DNA of 59,109 nt from a virus (IMGVR_UViG_3300030102_001767:1-59109), one strand, 5' to 3'; shown: positions 1-9,322, numbered from the stretch's first letter. A program made the numbers and translations. Notes: generated by a model not told the origin, from the sequence alone.

Positions 1-22
1 AAAACCCAATTTATATTCTTAA

Positions 23-202
23 TTAATCATCATGCACAAAACAATAAGACTTAGTGTAACCCCATGTGCAGTTTGACCAATCGTGTTTGCCTTCAATAAA
101 CTTAGGAAAGCCTGAATCAGTTAATGAATTATCAACCTTTTCTAATTCCGTATATATGAAAGTTTTATTTTTCTTCATATCAACTACAGTCAAAACAGTC
201 AT
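23..202 (-). CDS. hypothetical protein (59 aa), not in supplied ORF track
   Basis: Open frame MTVLTVVDMKK...FVHDD, with AAGGAG RBS and TAATG coupling to the upstream ORF. Confidence 0.55.
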   Translation of the reverse strand: MTVLTVVDMKKNKTFIYTELEKVDNSLTDSGFPKFIEGKHDWSNCTWGYTKSYCFVHDD

Positions 203-363
203 TAATTTTTCTCCTTGTTCATTGGTTCGTAATTAATTTTTTCTTTTCTATATTTTTCGTCTAACTTTTTGACCCAATCTTTTAAGCCATTTAATTCACC
301 GACATATAAATTTTCACCTACCCTTACAGTAGTTTTACTTTTAAATTTTTTAGTGTTGGACAT
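202..363 (-). CDS. hypothetical protein (53 aa), not in supplied ORF track
   Basis: Open frame MSNTKKFKSK...EKN, with GGAGG RBS; overlaps the end of 350..745. Confidence 0.55.
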   Translation of the reverse strand: MSNTKKFKSKTTVRVGENLYVGELNGLKDWVKKLDEKYRKEKINYEPMNKEKN

Positions 364-745
364 TCATTCCCTCCTGATTTTCTCCTTTGTAAGTTTGTAA
401 AAGTGATTTTAGAATTGATAGTTTTTGTTCGCTATCTTTCATTTCTTTATTATTAATCCAAGAGTCAACATCATTCAGTATTGTATCAGCAAAAACATAA
501 TCCATAGTTAAATTTAAAAATCTTGTTGCCATTTCCAAGACCTCTTTCTCATCTTCGAAAGGGTACTTTGATAAATGTAATTTAAAATTATCCATAAAGA
601 ACTGAGCCATTTCTCTGTTATCATGTATTACAGGAAATATCTTTTCTTTTAAATCTTCTCTTATGTTTATAGTTTTACTTAATTGAATAGTTTCTTCTTC
701 TATGTTCCATTCTTCTCTCAACTTATCACCTCTTTTTTTACTCAT
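350..745 (-). CDS. hypothetical protein
   Basis: 131-aa ORF with AAGGA RBS in a co-directional early-type cluster. Confidence 0.7.
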   Translation of the reverse strand: MSKKRGDKLREEWNIEEETIQLSKTINIREDLKEKIFPVIHDNREMAQFFMDNFKLHLSKYPFEDEKEVLEMATRFLNLTMDYVFADTILNDVDSWINNKEMKDSEQKLSILKSLLQTYKGENQEGMNVQH

Positions 746-868
746 TTTCTTATCCTTTTGTCTAAAATTGGGGGGTACTTACATATCAGGTGACCCCTAA
801 AACCCTCTGTAATCGCATTTATGAAGGTCGTTTTTTTCTAAAACTACCCAAAAAATGCAAATCTCTAG

Positions 869-1021
869 TTATTTCCAACATTTATAATGAATCCCTTCGT
901 CACTATGTCTGCCACAAAAATGACAATAGCCTTCTTCATCATAGTGATTCATTGACTCTTCGTACTCTTGTTGGTCTGCTAAATACTCTTGCTCGCTTAT
1001 CTCGTACTCTTTATCAATCAT
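869..1021 (-). CDS. small acidic protein with CxxC...HxxC putative zinc-binding tail (50 aa)
   Basis: MIDKEYEISEQEY...YCHFCGRHSDEGIHYKCWK; AAGGAG RBS; overlaps the stop of 1014..1544. Confidence 0.55.
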   Translation of the reverse strand: MIDKEYEISEQEYLADQQEYEESMNHYDEEGYCHFCGRHSDEGIHYKCWK

Positions 1022-1544
1022 TTTGATTCTCCTTCTTATCTTTTATGTAATTTAAAAATTCTAAAAAACTTTCGAACTCATGAACTATTAGTTTGTCATC
1101 TGTTGAATAGTTTTTATTCCTGATATTACTTTTAATAGTTTGAGAAATATCATGTGGATTGGTGAGGTAAACAGTTTCATCAACTATCTTATCTTTTGAA
1201 TAACCGATTTTAGTTTTATATTCCAACACCATGATAGGCTCATCAACTAAAGTATCAAGACCTCTACTCGCTTTAATCAAAACTTTTTGGTCTTTAGTTA
1301 CATATTCGTAATCGTATTTATACCTTTTATCAATCTCCATTGTTGATTCAATATGACCAACAAAAGAACTTATTTTAAAATCTTTATTATAACCACTAAA
1401 ATCAAAACTAGTGTCTACTTGTTTGTCAAAATTTTTCATACTCTTATGTTTAATATCTGTAAACAACTGACTCTGAATTTCATACATCTGTTTTGTTTGG
1501 TTACTTTTGCAGAAATCATATAAATTAAAATCGTAGCTTTTCAT
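1014..1544 (-). CDS. hypothetical protein
   Basis: 176-aa ORF, coupled to neighbours. Confidence 0.7.
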   Translation of the reverse strand: MKSYDFNLYDFCKSNQTKQMYEIQSQLFTDIKHKSMKNFDKQVDTSFDFSGYNKDFKISSFVGHIESTMEIDKRYKYDYEYVTKDQKVLIKASRGLDTLVDEPIMVLEYKTKIGYSKDKIVDETVYLTNPHDISQTIKSNIRNKNYSTDDKLIVHEFESFLEFLNYIKDKKENQND

Positions 1545-1753
1545 TTTGTCACCTCATCAGAATTAAATATATCAGGTGATATATGTAAATTTACAAGATA
1601 CCTAATATATTTTTTGTACAGTTTGCTGTCGTATTTTTTTAGACAACGGATAATTTGTTCAGGTTTTAGATTGCCTGATTTAATTGCTTTCTCCGATAGC
1701 CGAACAACTAATTGCTCGGCTACATCTCCAATACTAATAAAATCATTTACCAT
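1541..1753 (-). CDS. hypothetical protein
   Basis: 70-aa ORF, GAGGAG RBS, TAATG coupling. Confidence 0.6.
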   Translation of the reverse strand: MVNDFISIGDVAEQLVVRLSEKAIKSGNLKPEQIIRCLKKYDSKLYKKYIRYLVNLHISPDIFNSDEVTK

Positions 1754-3096
1754 TAATAACTCTCCTCATAAATATTTACTGTTTCTCCCCAACTCACATT
1801 GTCAGGTCTATCATATCCTGTGGTAGCCCAAATGAAAGGATAGTCAGGCTCATCATCATCAGTTAAATCCCAAGACTCACAGTCGGTAAAGTACATTGCG
1901 AACCCAATCTCATTTTGAATATTAGTTTTCTCAATGAGGTTTAGGAAAGGTTTAAAACTTGTGCCACCATTCATCATGTCACGCATTTCAATCTCCTCAC
2001 CTCTTTCAAAAATATCCCAAAACCTCATCAGGTCTGTATCAGGTAAATCTTCGTGAAGGACTACAGGGTGGTCATTGATATAAGTGATATAAACTTTTTC
2101 AATCTCGAACTCCTCTTGAATTGTTTCAATCTCTTTGACCATTTGTTGTCTTGCTCTTAGACCAACACTTCCTGAAATGTCGATAGCGAAAGCCATAGAC
2201 ATCATTGGTGTTTCAACATTGCTCGGTAAATACATATCTTGAGCAACGAATCTTCGGTTAGGTCTTTTGTAGGATTGCTCAGAACTTTCAACTAATGAAC
2301 TAGCATAATCTCTAAGTGTATCTCTCCAATCTTGAGGAACACCTTGTCCGTTTCTAGCATTGCCAACTGAATTGTAATCTGAACCTTGACCAACTGCTTT
2401 TTGTATTTGGTCAGATTGAATTATTCTTTCAGTAATCTCTTGAGATAATTGAGCAGAGGTTTTGATACCTTTTCCGTCACCACCACTTTCAATATCTTTT
2501 TTCTTTTCTTCTTGTTCATCATATTGAATAACACCACCACCCATTTGATTGTGTCCATTCTCAGCTTGGTTAGTAGAAGGATTGATAATAATTCCTTGAG
2601 CAGTTTCTTGTGGTGGATTTTTGGTGATAAGAATTTGGTAAACTTTCTCAGCACTCAATGTTTTGAACTCTCTCATTCCAACATTGAAATAATCTTGATA
2701 ATCATAAAATTCAATTCCACCTAATTTACGAATATTAGCACCATGATTCATTTTACTGCTCATGTATTCCAACTCGGTATTGATTACCAAATCGGTAGCG
2801 ATATTCCAAATCTCAGGATTTCTTTTTCCCATTCGAGTCATATGTTGCCAACCAACATGAAGAACCTCATGCAAGAAAACTGTTTCAATTAATTGTCTTG
2901 CTAACTTGTCACCATGTTCTTCAAACCAACCATTTAATGCTACCTCGTTGTAGAATACTGCCACCCCATTTGTCGCCATTAAAGGAACATCAGAAGTTTC
3001 TTCTATTTTCAGGGGTAGCATGATTGAACCCCAACCTGAGTTATTAATGACTATATTCTGTCTAACTCTTTTTATTTCTAATTCAATATTTTTCAT
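1753..3096 (-). CDS. DUF2201-type protein: N-terminal HExxH metallopeptidase-like domain plus C-terminal vWA-like domain
   Basis: MATNG, FLHEVLH and WNIATDLVIN motifs; low-complexity linker; SYKRPNRR; MIDAS-like AIDISGS, GGTSF, YFTD. Confidence 0.85.
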   Translation of the reverse strand: MKNIELEIKRVRQNIVINNSGWGSIMLPLKIEETSDVPLMATNGVAVFYNEVALNGWFEEHGDKLARQLIETVFLHEVLHVGWQHMTRMGKRNPEIWNIATDLVINTELEYMSSKMNHGANIRKLGGIEFYDYQDYFNVGMREFKTLSAEKVYQILITKNPPQETAQGIIINPSTNQAENGHNQMGGGVIQYDEQEEKKKDIESGGDGKGIKTSAQLSQEITERIIQSDQIQKAVGQGSDYNSVGNARNGQGVPQDWRDTLRDYASSLVESSEQSYKRPNRRFVAQDMYLPSNVETPMMSMAFAIDISGSVGLRARQQMVKEIETIQEEFEIEKVYITYINDHPVVLHEDLPDTDLMRFWDIFERGEEIEMRDMMNGGTSFKPFLNLIEKTNIQNEIGFAMYFTDCESWDLTDDDEPDYPFIWATTGYDRPDNVSWGETVNIYEESY

Positions 3097-3122
3097 TTTA
3101 TTTTCCCTATAATTTTAAAATG

Positions 3123-4136
3123 TTAAACACCAAAAATATCTTTAGAATTTTCCAACTCTTTAGATAATTTTTCTGTTACTGTTTTTCTTTCTTTGGAATC
3201 TTCTCTAAGTGATTTACTTGTAGAGTTACCGATTGCCTTTTCAACAGCATTGATAATTTCCTCTACTCGCTCATCATTAAAGATTTCATTCCTACCTTTT
3301 AATCCTGTTAAGGTTTTTCTAAGGTTAGGAATTTTAGAATCTCTGAAAGGTTTTTTCTTTCCTGTTTCAGCATTAGGATTGAACTCACTCAAAGAAACCA
3401 CAACATCAGTAATTCCTGATATTAAATCTTCCTGATTTCTTTCTGCAACCTCAACCAATTTATTATCCCAATATGAAATAGAATAATTACTAACCTCACC
3501 AAGAAGATTTTTAATTCCTCCTTCACCATAGGTGGTAAAAGTTTCATCAGAAACATCACCAATGACTGTGGGTATTTCAATGTTTGAAAACTCGGTATGA
3601 ATTAAACCTTTCGTAGTTTTGGTTTTATAAATTGGGTTTGCCTTCGTACCACCAACTTGTTTGGTTACTTGCCCACCAATTATTTCTTCTTTGGTAGGGT
3701 ACAAGTTTTCGTCAAAGGCAGAACCTAATTCAACTTTTGCCTGTGCCTTTAGGTCAGGTAAATCTTTGATGAGGTTATCTCTAAGAGAATCAAAATCTCC
3801 TTTGAAATCATTCCAAATTTCATTGTATTTTTTTCTATTCTCATTAGGCAATAATCTCCACTCTGAATCCCACACGCAAGTATGATAAGACATTTCATTT
3901 TTTCTTTGTCTGTCTAACTTTCTCATCTCTTTAATGGGTGTTAGGTCTATAAGATTTTTTCTAACCTGAAACCAATCAGCATTTCCTTTTACATCACTCG
4001 CTACTGCTTGAGTTAATTCAGGGGAGTCTTTTGTTGCTCCCCAAATTTTTGCTCTAGCTTTTACAAGTGTAGCTTTGGTATGTAAATCTTCAGCTAAATT
4101 ATATTTTGTTTCTTCTTGTTTCATTAGAACCTCCAC
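3123..4136 (-). CDS. conserved phage hypothetical protein (DUF3150-like), helical
   Basis: 337-aa ORF between the ATPase and vWA genes; family assignment is by resemblance and context only. Confidence 0.5.
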   Translation of the reverse strand: MEVLMKQEETKYNLAEDLHTKATLVKARAKIWGATKDSPELTQAVASDVKGNADWFQVRKNLIDLTPIKEMRKLDRQRKNEMSYHTCVWDSEWRLLPNENRKKYNEIWNDFKGDFDSLRDNLIKDLPDLKAQAKVELGSAFDENLYPTKEEIIGGQVTKQVGGTKANPIYKTKTTKGLIHTEFSNIEIPTVIGDVSDETFTTYGEGGIKNLLGEVSNYSISYWDNKLVEVAERNQEDLISGITDVVVSLSEFNPNAETGKKKPFRDSKIPNLRKTLTGLKGRNEIFNDERVEEIINAVEKAIGNSTSKSLREDSKERKTVTEKLSKELENSKDIFGV

Positions 4137-5251
4137 TAAACAAAATCTATTTCAGTATTAGCTAGAGAAAAATCTGTGAATGATTTTGTATTCATCAAAT
4201 CTTTTTCTATCTTGATACCATGTTGAGTAAAAAATACTGTGAACTCTTTGCTCTCAAATCTATTGAGATATTCGATAGCAGAACTGAAAACTTTTTCTTT
4301 TCTTTTCTTGCTGTCGCCTTCTCTAACTTTTTGTAGCAATGCTCCTGTTACAGCAAATCTAATATTGGTATCTTCAGAACTAATAAAATCTGCGTCTTGA
4401 GGATTTTCAATAATTGATTCCATACTCGGTGCTTTGGATAAAGTTTTCTCGAAAGATAAAATATTTTGAGCAACCTCTGAGCCAACAGTAGATTGATAAG
4501 TAGCAAGTTTTAATTCATCAATAATTGCGTCAGCATTTAAAATTTCAGATAATGCAACAGCACTTCTTGGTGAGCAGAATTGTTCGCTCTTATTTTTTCT
4601 ATCGTAATTCCATAAATTCTGTGGCTCGAATCTGAAGTAGCTAGTGATAAGAGGGTGAACACCATTTTCACTCGCCCATAAATCCCAAGACTCATGAGAG
4701 AACTCAATATCAAGAACTGCTGTTCTATTAAGCATAGCCATGTTGAGATTTCCAACTCCAGCATTATCTTCTTTTCTATTTGTTGCTCCGATAATTTTCC
4801 AACCCTTCGGCAGTACATAAGAACCAATTTCTCTTTCAAGAATTAGAGATTGAAAAACTTTCTGCACATCAGCACTAGCAGAACCAACCTCATCAAGAAA
4901 TAATATTCCTTTTGAATTTGGATTCTTTGGTAGTGACGACATGAACTTGTGAACCATTTCGTCTTGGTCTTTGTCATATGTTGGCAAGTACAAATCCTGA
5001 ACTCCATAATGAGAACCCATAATTTGAACTAGACCAAATTCTTTGGCAGTAGGTGTTGGAGTCATTACAGGAGTCAGTCCTAGATTGATTTCTTCATCTC
5101 TCCATAACTGCTTTACTGATTCAGATTTTCCAATACCTGAACCACCTCGCAAAAGAGGAACAAGACTGTTGACCTTTTCGTTTTCTGAAATCCAAAGTTT
5201 CTTTGTGAAATCTTTGGCGTTTTTAATATTGATATTTGTAGTATCATTCAT
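4136..5251 (-). CDS. MoxR/dynein-related AAA+ ATPase
   Basis: Walker A GGSGIGKS, Walker B ILFLDE, sensor GATNR, AMLNR arginine finger, SPRS motif. Confidence 0.9.
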   Translation of the reverse strand: MNDTTNINIKNAKDFTKKLWISENEKVNSLVPLLRGGSGIGKSESVKQLWRDEEINLGLTPVMTPTPTAKEFGLVQIMGSHYGVQDLYLPTYDKDQDEMVHKFMSSLPKNPNSKGILFLDEVGSASADVQKVFQSLILEREIGSYVLPKGWKIIGATNRKEDNAGVGNLNMAMLNRTAVLDIEFSHESWDLWASENGVHPLITSYFRFEPQNLWNYDRKNKSEQFCSPRSAVALSEILNADAIIDELKLATYQSTVGSEVAQNILSFEKTLSKAPSMESIIENPQDADFISSEDTNIRFAVTGALLQKVREGDSKKRKEKVFSSAIEYLNRFESKEFTVFFTQHGIKIEKDLMNTKSFTDFSLANTEIDFV

Positions 5252-5532
5252 GATTGATTATCTCCCTATAAAATTAATAAATGAATCATTACTCTTTGTA
5301 GCACTTAATCGAAACATTCACAAGCATTTAACGAAATATAAAGAATAAATATTACAGCTAATATATTTAAATAATTACCTGTAGGTCACGCAAATATATT
5401 TACTCGCTAGATACATCAAGCATGATTGAAAAAAAACAAACACAGGGGTCAGAGCTATCGGTGTAAATTTAAGATTGAATTAATCTGAGTTTCTGTGGTA
5501 CTTATTGAAAGTATTTTGAGGATTAAATAGTT

Positions 5533-6030
5533 ATGAAAGATAAAGACAAAGACAAACCAAAATTAGTTTTAGTAAGTGAATCGGCAAGTAAGAAAAAATC
5601 GCCAACCGATTTACCGATACTGACACCGAAACAGAAAAAGTTTTTGGAAGGTATAACCAAAGGAAAACTCTCGGCTACTGAAAGTTATCGGCTCGCATAT
5701 GATTGTGAAGGCATGAAAGATTCTTCGGTCTATGTTGAGAGTAGCAAATTAATTCGTCACCCAAAGATTACCCTACACTTAGAACGACATCAGGCAATGA
5801 TTGACCGAACTGCACAAGCCACCATGCTCTCTGTCAAAGAGTATGTGGAAAATGGATTGAAGGAAATAATTGAAGATGAGGATTCAAATGTTAATGCCAA
5901 AGTGTCTGCGTTATCTTGGCTCGGAAAATCTGTTGCAATGTTTACAGACAAAGTTGAGTCTACTGACGAAAATAAATCTGTCCAAGAACTAGAGGAAGAA
6001 CTCAGACGCAAGTTAGGTTTAACTGACTAA
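5533..6030 (+). CDS. terS: terminase small subunit
   Basis: LTPKQKKF...SATESYRLAY HTH-type N-terminus, SKLIRHPKI, ALSWLGKSVAMFTDKVE oligomerisation motif. Confidence 0.8.
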   Translation: MKDKDKDKPKLVLVSESASKKKSPTDLPILTPKQKKFLEGITKGKLSATESYRLAYDCEGMKDSSVYVESSKLIRHPKITLHLERHQAMIDRTAQATMLSVKEYVENGLKEIIEDEDSNVNAKVSALSWLGKSVAMFTDKVESTDENKSVQELEEELRRKLGLTD

Positions 6031-6194
6031 CACTAGCAAGAGAACACCAACCCCTGAAAATAAAACTCGGATTTCCTGAGATTAATTAAGGTTAATTATC
6101 ACACGATTTTACAGCACCCCAACCCCCTAGATACATAACGATTACAGGATTATCATATACACAGTGATTTGCTCAAATAATACTATTGATTTCA

Positions 6195-6476
6195 CTAATT
6201 AGCTGCTAAAAACATTAAACCTATTAAAACTAAAGCCAATAAAATACCTGGAAAACTAAAATTTCCTTTAGATTCAACACTTTGCAGTAATTCTTTGTCT
6301 TTTTTAGCTAATTCTTGCAATATTTGGTTGTTAGGTTTTTCATATGCTTCATTAATATCAGGAGTATTTGGATCATCCTTGATGTAATGGCCTTTTTTAT
6401 TACGAGCTCTCTTTAAATTTGTCTTTTTTGCTGTTTTTTTCTTAACATTTTTAGTTTTTTTTGTTTTTTCTACCAT
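6195..6476 (-). CDS. hypothetical protein with basic N-terminus and C-terminal transmembrane helix
   Basis: GGAGG RBS; RARNKKGHYIKDDPNTPDINEAY motif; hydrophobic C-terminus. Confidence 0.65.
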   Translation of the reverse strand: MVEKTKKTKNVKKKTAKKTNLKRARNKKGHYIKDDPNTPDINEAYEKPNNQILQELAKKDKELLQSVESKGNFSFPGILLALVLIGLMFLAAN

Positions 6477-6604
6477 TTTTTCCTCCGCTGGTAATTTATT
6501 TTAAGGATTTCAACCCTTTTTTTTCAGGATTTTAGGTAAACAATCCCTTATCCTCAGAAATTTTACTTTTTTTTAGTGGTATTATCGAAACCCCCTCTGG
6601 TATA

Positions 6605-6695
6605 ATACTAGATACTAGGTATTATCTAGTATAGATAAATAACAGTATAGAATCTACTAGGTAGATTCTAACTAGTATATATCTAAGTATATACT
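6605..6695. repeat. three tandem inverted repeats rich in CTAG/TATA
   Basis: ATACTAGATA-N8-TATCTAGTAT (6605-6632); TAGAATCTAC-N3-GTAGATTCTA (6648-6670); AGTATATA-N6-TATATACT (6674-6695). Confidence 0.85.
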
Positions 6696-6724
6696 CTTGT
6701 GAAAGTTTTTGCAAGTAAATGGTT

Positions 6725-6827
6725 TCGCTGGTATTTCGATACCCATGCTCCATACTTTATGGGTAAGACATGATGATTCGAAATAAGGCGAGGAAGTCCT
6801 AAACGCCCTCCCTAGTTTAGGGCTTCC
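6725..6827 (+). ncRNA. candidate structured RNA or cis-regulatory leader
   Basis: Nested pairings TCGC/GCGA, TATTTCGA/TCGAAATA and TACCCAT/ATGGGTA, then hairpin GGAAGTCCTAAAC/GTTTAGGGCTTCC whose U-G pair favours the plus strand. Confidence 0.45.
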
Positions 6828-6842
6828 AAATAATTAAAAACA

Positions 6843-7091
6843 ATGCTATGTTTTTTATTAACAAGGGAGAATTTAATGAAAGATAAAAACTATAGAGGCA
6901 AGAGGTCACATACTGCCCAAAAAAGACCATGGTTAAGAGAAATGTTTCCAGAACTATATCCAGGTAGTGGTAAAAAATCAGCTAGAAAAAAAAGAAAACA
7001 AAAAGAGAGAGCTGAAAAACTAAAACACAACAATCAAGTTTTTGAAGTAAGAGGTAATTTCTTAGTTGGTGAGTTAGATGACAAAAAATAA
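6843..7091 (+). CDS. small basic hypothetical protein (probable start at ATG 6876)
   Basis: AGGGAG RBS before MKDKNY; Lys/Arg-rich. Confidence 0.6.
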   Translation: MLCFLLTRENLMKDKNYRGKRSHTAQKRPWLREMFPELYPGSGKKSARKKRKQKERAEKLKHNNQVFEVRGNFLVGELDDKK

Positions 7092-7215
7092 TGATGAATA
7101 TAAAAAAAATGCACGCTGGAAATATGAGCTACACGCTTATAGAAAAGCTAAAAAGGCTAAAGTAACTATGCCAACTTACAAATTTATGAAGGATAAGGAT
7201 AATGAAGGAAACTAA
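7078..7215 (+). CDS. small basic hypothetical protein (45 aa), not in supplied track
   Basis: MTKNNDEYKKNARWKYELHAYRKAKKAK...; fills the gap between neighbours. Confidence 0.45.
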   Translation: MTKNNDEYKKNARWKYELHAYRKAKKAKVTMPTYKFMKDKDNEGN

Positions 7216-7459
7216 AGAACTAACAATAACTTTTAATCACGATCATAAAGCTACTTACATTTTAGTTAATGTTAATGGCGAATATCATAAAAAATACTTA
7301 ACAGAGCAACAACATGGAAATATATTACAGGGATGTGTTTCATCTTATTTTCAAAAAAGGTCTATCGCTTTGTTAAATGATGCTGTAAAGTTAGAAAAAG
7401 ATTCTGAAGAACTATTGGAGAAATCAGAAAAACTATTGGAAGTAGCAAAAAGTTTATAA
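7202..7459 (+). CDS. hypothetical protein
   Basis: 85-aa ORF, AAGGA RBS, TAATG coupling. Confidence 0.65.
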   Translation: MKETKELTITFNHDHKATYILVNVNGEYHKKYLTEQQHGNILQGCVSSYFQKRSIALLNDAVKLEKDSEELLEKSEKLLEVAKSL

Positions 7460-7761
7460 TGGCAGAAAGAAAAAAAGAAAAACCAATAAGAAGAACCACT
7501 AAAGGCAAAGGTGCTAATTATAGACCTACTAAATCTGGTGCTGGAATGACAGCAAAAGGAGTAAGGGAATATCGTAAAAAAAATCCTGGCTCTAAATTAA
7601 AAACTGCTGTTACTGGTAAAGTTAAAAAAGGTAGTAAAGCTGCAAAAAGAAGAAAAAGTTATTGTGCTAGGTCATTAGGTCAATTAAAAAGAAGTAGTGC
7701 TAAAACTAGAAATGATCCTAATTCTCGAATCAGACAAGCGAGAAGAAGGTGGAAATGTTAA
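7459..7761 (+). CDS. conserved basic phage protein
   Basis: GAGMTAKGV...NPGSKLK...RRKSYCARS...DPNSRIRQARRRWKC, a type of basic protein common near packaging genes. Confidence 0.75.
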   Translation: MAERKKEKPIRRTTKGKGANYRPTKSGAGMTAKGVREYRKKNPGSKLKTAVTGKVKKGSKAAKRRKSYCARSLGQLKRSSAKTRNDPNSRIRQARRRWKC

Positions 7762-7776
7762 CAAAAGGAGATAATT

Positions 7777-7947
7777 ATGAAAAAATCTAAAGGTAAAGCT
7801 CGCAGAATGATGGGTGGCAAATCCGTAAAAGGAAAGGCTCGTAGAATGATGGGTGGTAAATCTGTTAAAGGAAAAATGAGAGGTGGAGTTACTCGCATGA
7901 AAGCTGGCAAAAAAGTTAAAGGTAAAACAAGAGGCGGCAAAAGATAA
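7777..7947 (+). CDS. very basic 56-aa repeat peptide, not in supplied track
   Basis: AAGGAG RBS; KGKARRMMGGKSV repeated twice, then KGKMRGG and KGKTRGG. Confidence 0.75.
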   Translation: MKKSKGKARRMMGGKSVKGKARRMMGGKSVKGKMRGGVTRMKAGKKVKGKTRGGKR

Positions 7948-7966
7948 ATAAAATTAGGGAGGTTTT

Positions 7967-8620
7967 ATGTCTTATTTAATATCTAATATTCCATACTTTA
8001 AGGTATGGGTAAGAAAAGAGTTTACGGCTAATCACGAGAAATATCATGGAGAGTTTATTCATGGATTAGCTGTAGCAGTTAATTGCATTCCAGATAGGTC
8101 GTTATCATTTCAAGTAATTTTTACAGGTTGTGAAGACATGGACAATAATGTTCATGGTGGTGCTATGTGGGCTAGAATGCCAATACAAGGAATGGTAGCA
8201 GATATTCCTGTAGAAGAATGGCCTGACAGAATGGAGAATCATTTATGTCAACCTTGGGATTGTATGTCACATCATCACTCAGTCTTATCAATAGACAGAG
8301 CATCATCATCACCTTGGTATGCAAAAATAGATGGTGAGTTTTATATGGCTAAATATATTTTTACTGTTGATTACACCGAGCATGAAATAGCTGATAGCCC
8401 AGATCAACACAAACAAAGTCATGTATTATATTTAACTGAAGGTCAATGGAAAGGAAATATTGTTGCTTTGCCAAATAACAGGGTAAGGGTTACTAATCCT
8501 GCGTTATGGGTTACAGGAGAAGGTGCTCCTGACTTTATGCCTAGTCAAGAAATACATAGTAGTGAAGAACATGAAAGTTACACTGATCCTAATATAACCT
8601 TTAACAATTTATATAAATAA
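7967..8620 (+). CDS. conserved phage hypothetical protein
   Basis: 217 aa, GGGAGG RBS; YIFTVDY...QHKQSHV...GNIVALPNNR motifs; function unknown. Confidence 0.75.
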   Translation: MSYLISNIPYFKVWVRKEFTANHEKYHGEFIHGLAVAVNCIPDRSLSFQVIFTGCEDMDNNVHGGAMWARMPIQGMVADIPVEEWPDRMENHLCQPWDCMSHHHSVLSIDRASSSPWYAKIDGEFYMAKYIFTVDYTEHEIADSPDQHKQSHVLYLTEGQWKGNIVALPNNRVRVTNPALWVTGEGAPDFMPSQEIHSSEEHESYTDPNITFNNLYK

Positions 8621-8634
8621 GGTAATGTAAAAAA

Positions 8635-8835
8635 ATGGCTACAAAGAAAAAAACAAAAAAGAAAACTAAATCTCGTGTAAATGAAGCAGGTAATTATACT
8701 AAACCTTCTATGAGAAAAAGTTTATTTAATAAAATAAAAGCAGGAAGCAAAGGTGGTAGACCAGGACAATGGTCTGCTAGAAAAGCACAAATGCTTGCTA
8801 AACAATATAAAGCAAAAGGTGGTGGCTATAAATAA
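8635..8835 (+). CDS. small basic phage protein
   Basis: NYTKPSMRK...GQWSARKAQMLAKQYKAKGGGYK. Confidence 0.75.
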   Translation: MATKKKTKKKTKSRVNEAGNYTKPSMRKSLFNKIKAGSKGGRPGQWSARKAQMLAKQYKAKGGGYK

Positions 8836-9077
8836 TGGCACTTAAAAAAACACAAAAATCTTTAAAAAGATGGGGTAAACAAAAATGGAGAACCCCTAGT
8901 GGAAAAAAATCATCTGAGACTGGAGAAGTATATGCACCTTCTTCTACTATTAAAAAATTAAAATCTACTGCAAAAGGAAGAGCCAAACTTTCAAGAGCAA
9001 ACAAAAAGAAAAGAGAAGCCACATCTAAAGGTAAGCAACATGCTAGACATGGTTTACATAAAGGTAAAAAAAGATAA
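8835..9077 (+). CDS. small basic phage protein
   Basis: QKSLKRWGKQKWRT...SETGEVYAP; coupled to neighbours. Confidence 0.75.
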   Translation: MALKKTQKSLKRWGKQKWRTPSGKKSSETGEVYAPSSTIKKLKSTAKGRAKLSRANKKKREATSKGKQHARHGLHKGKKR

Positions 9078-9322
9078 TGGCTAGAAATTACAAAAAAGAA
9101 TATAAAAATTATCAAGGAACAGATAAACAAAAGAAAAGAAGAGCAGCAAGAAACACAGCTAGGAATAGAGCATTAAAGAGTGGTAAAGTTCGTAAAGGTG
9201 ATGGTAAAGATATTCATCATAGAGACGGAAACCCTAAAAACAATTCAAAAAAGAATCTAGCTGTTACATCTAAAAGAAATAATAGGTCTTTTCCAAGAAA
9301 CAAAAAAGCAGGAAAAAAATGA
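9077..9322 (+). CDS. small HNH-type protein adjacent to terminase
   Basis: DIHHRDGNPKNNSKKNL...NNRS HNH-like motif immediately upstream of terL. Confidence 0.7.
   Translation: MARNYKKEYKNYQGTDKQKKRRAARNTARNRALKSGKVRKGDGKDIHHRDGNPKNNSKKNLAVTSKRNNRSFPRNKKAGKK

Noticed and set aside
5986-5994. Match of unit 2 spacer B (GAACTAGAG) in terS as a self-target
   Set aside because: The adjacent sequence does not match spacer A, and a lone 9-mer can occur by chance.
7758-7940. Minus-strand 60-aa ORF with repeats, and other antisense ORFs in the track (e.g. 10830..11090, 16008..16328, 47626..47898, 53115..53297)
   Set aside because: These are shadows of better-supported genes on the opposite strand and have no RBS.
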